Positions 62,500 through 64,000 of a DNA stretch of 64,000 nucleotides are shown one piece after another; within the stretch, counting starts at the first letter, position 1; the number at the start of each line of letters is the position of its first letter. Source of the stretch: an uncultured Chthonomonadaceae bacterium (GTDB taxonomy: Bacteria > Armatimonadota > Chthonomonadetes > Chthonomonadales > Chthonomonadaceae); assembly GCA_963817895.1 (NCBI GenBank), contig CAWFQB010000011.1:160001-224000 (forward strand), given 5' to 3'. The notes beneath the pieces were generated by a model that saw nothing but the letters and a program-made list of their open reading frames with translations, had not been told where the DNA came from and did no database searches. The translations under genes were made by a program, and so were the position numbers.

Positions 62500-63524
62500 T
62501 TATTCTTCTTCGGCGCGGGGGTGGGCTTTGGCGTAGACTTCCTTCATGCGCTCGGTGGATGACGTGCGTATAGATTTGCGTGGTGATGAGATGGGCGTGT
62601 CCGAGCAGTTCCTGCACGGCGCGAATGTCGGCGCCGTGATTGAGCAGGTGCGTGGCGAAGGAGTGGCGCATGGTGTGCGGCGTGGTTTTCAGGCGTTCGG
62701 AGGCGAGGCGGAAATACTTGTCGAAAGTGCGGCGTATGCCCCGGTCGGAAAGCCTGCGCCCGAACTTGTTGAGGAATACGGCGGGGTCGGGCTTGCCCTC
62801 GTTGTGCGCGGCAAGTATGGGGCGTCCATGTTCGCAGATACTCGCGCATCGTTTGCACAGCGATCGCGCCCATCATGGCGACGCGCTCCTTGTCGCCCTT
62901 GCCGTGCCGGATGCGAATTTCAGCTTCGTCCAAATCCATATCCTGCACATCCAGGTCGTGCGCTTCGCCCGCCCGCATCCCCGACGCATACAGCAGTTCC
63001 ATCAGGGCGCGGTCGCGCAGGCCGTCGGGCGAATCATCCGGGCGATTCCAGCAGGGTTTCCACTTCCGGTTCGCGCAGGAACTTGACAAGCCGCTCTTCC
63101 TGCTTGATGGTGACAACGCCAATAGTCGGGTCGTTCTGCATATAGCCCTGCCGCTGCGCCCACCGCGAAAACGCGCGCAGGGACGCCAGTTTGCGGGCGA
63201 GCGAGGTGCGCTTGTAATCGCCCTGCTGCAAGTCGGTCAGAAACGCGCGGACATGCGCCCGCTCCACGCGATGCAGTGCGCCCGGCCCGAGTTCCCCGTT
63301 GGTTTCCACATAGCCCAGAAACTGCGCGATGTCGGCCCGGTACGCTCGCACGGTATGCGCGGAAGCGTTTTTGCCAGTTTCAGAAACTGCAGAAAGCCGT
63401 CCAGAACATCGTTCAGCGCCGCGCTCAGGGCCGGTTCCGTCAGCGGCTTGTCCCGCCCGCTCGTGTTGAACGTCGGTTCTGTCAGATCCAGATCAAGTTC
63501 CAGCGTATCCTGCGCGTCGGCCAT
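62500..63524 (-). CDS. xerC: Tyrosine recombinase XerC (frameshifted)
   Basis: 'RKLASLRAF', '[15 protein letters not shown]', 'GKGDKER', '[22 protein letters not shown]' and 'TTQIYTH'. Confidence 0.85.
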
Positions 63525-63561
63525 ACATATCTCCCAGATCAGGGTGTTAGTTGTCAGGTTG

Positions 63562-64000
63562 TTAGGTGTGCCTGCTTCTCTGCTTCCATCGCCTAACGCC
63601 AGGGCATGTTTTCCTGATGCCTGATGCCTTCACTGCTTTGCCTGCTGGCGGCGCTGCAGTTCGGCTTCTTCGGCGGCGGCGAGGTCGGCTTCGGTGGCGC
63701 GGGCAGGATTCTTCTGCTGCGTGCGGCTTTGCTCCTGCCGGGGCCATATCTTTGACGGCGACGAGAACCGTGTAGCGCAGGCGGAAATCGCGCTCCTGCG
63801 CGGTCAGCCGGTTGCGGCCTTCTTCGGAAAGCCCGTCCAGCCAGCGGGTTTTCATCGTTTCCTGCACATCATGGTGGCGGATGGCAACGGCTTCGGTCAG
63901 GCGTCCAATTCGATCTCGACGGCCGCCTCGTCCGTCGCATACACTTTCTGCACCACTCCCGTCAGTCCGCGAAAATGATTGAAAAACAGACTGGATTTTA
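63562..64000 (-). CDS. Hypothetical protein (5' end outside the window, frameshifted)
   Basis: Coding-like text 'FFNHFRGLTGVVQKVY..EAAVEIE' and 'QETMKTRWLDGLSEEGRNRL...LRYTVLV'. Confidence 0.55.
   Translation of the reverse strand, partial: KIQSVFQSFSRTDGSGAESVCDGRGGRRDRIGRLTEAVAIRHHDVQETMKTRWLDGLSEEGRNRLTAQERDFRLRYTVLVAVKDMAPAGAKPHAAEESCPRHRSRPRRRRRSRTAAPPAGKAVKASGIRKTCPGVRRWKQRSRHT

Noticed and set aside
62500..63524. Prophage or island integrase
   Set aside because: Motifs and size match housekeeping XerC/XerD; no att site, tRNA or phage genes were seen.

Overview
GC-rich bacterial chromosome segment. The DUF1559 '[10 protein letters not shown]' prepilin-like gene, PEP-CTERM genes and TPR-rich hypotheticals suggest Armatimonadota (inference). 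Many genes, including groEL, carry single-base frameshifts, consistent with an unpolished long-read assembly, so split ORFs were rejoined by eye. All family names come from motif recognition, not database searches. Housekeeping and metabolic genes include groES/groEL with a CIRCE-like operator, sugar ABC components, 3-hydroxybutyrate dehydrogenase, a LacI-regulated DUF1559/beta-helix/GH38 glycan locus, two dicarboxylate transporters, GH13, mobA, aroA, a GDPD and xerC. Four accessory systems stand out. (1) 43.4-47.3 kb: a membrane protein with a 7-Cys Gly/Cys tail (TIGR04222-like), a DUF692 multinuclear non-heme iron oxidase (MNIO), its partner and an exported thioredoxin; this is a candidate RiPP-type modification system acting on a membrane-anchored precursor. 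(2) 30-40.3 kb: an atypical sigma factor, a tandem zinc-finger membrane anti-sigma, an exported PDZ-TPR-CHAT caspase-like protease, a BTAD-TPR regulator and divergent PEP-CTERM genes; this is a candidate protease-triggered sigma cascade. (3) 7.7-10.2 kb: a defence-like islet near the groEL 3' end with a DUF433/MazE-tail chimera, a RusA-like nuclease and a restriction-fold/pPIWI-associated-like nuclease. (4) 26.2-29.9 kb: an OsmC-like, ACAD-fold flavoprotein, cytoplasmic PhnD-like and core methionine synthase cassette with non-canonical active sites. Several MITE/REP-like and short tandem repeat families are present, one inserted in frame in the GH38 gene. No rRNA, tRNA or CRISPR array was recognised.
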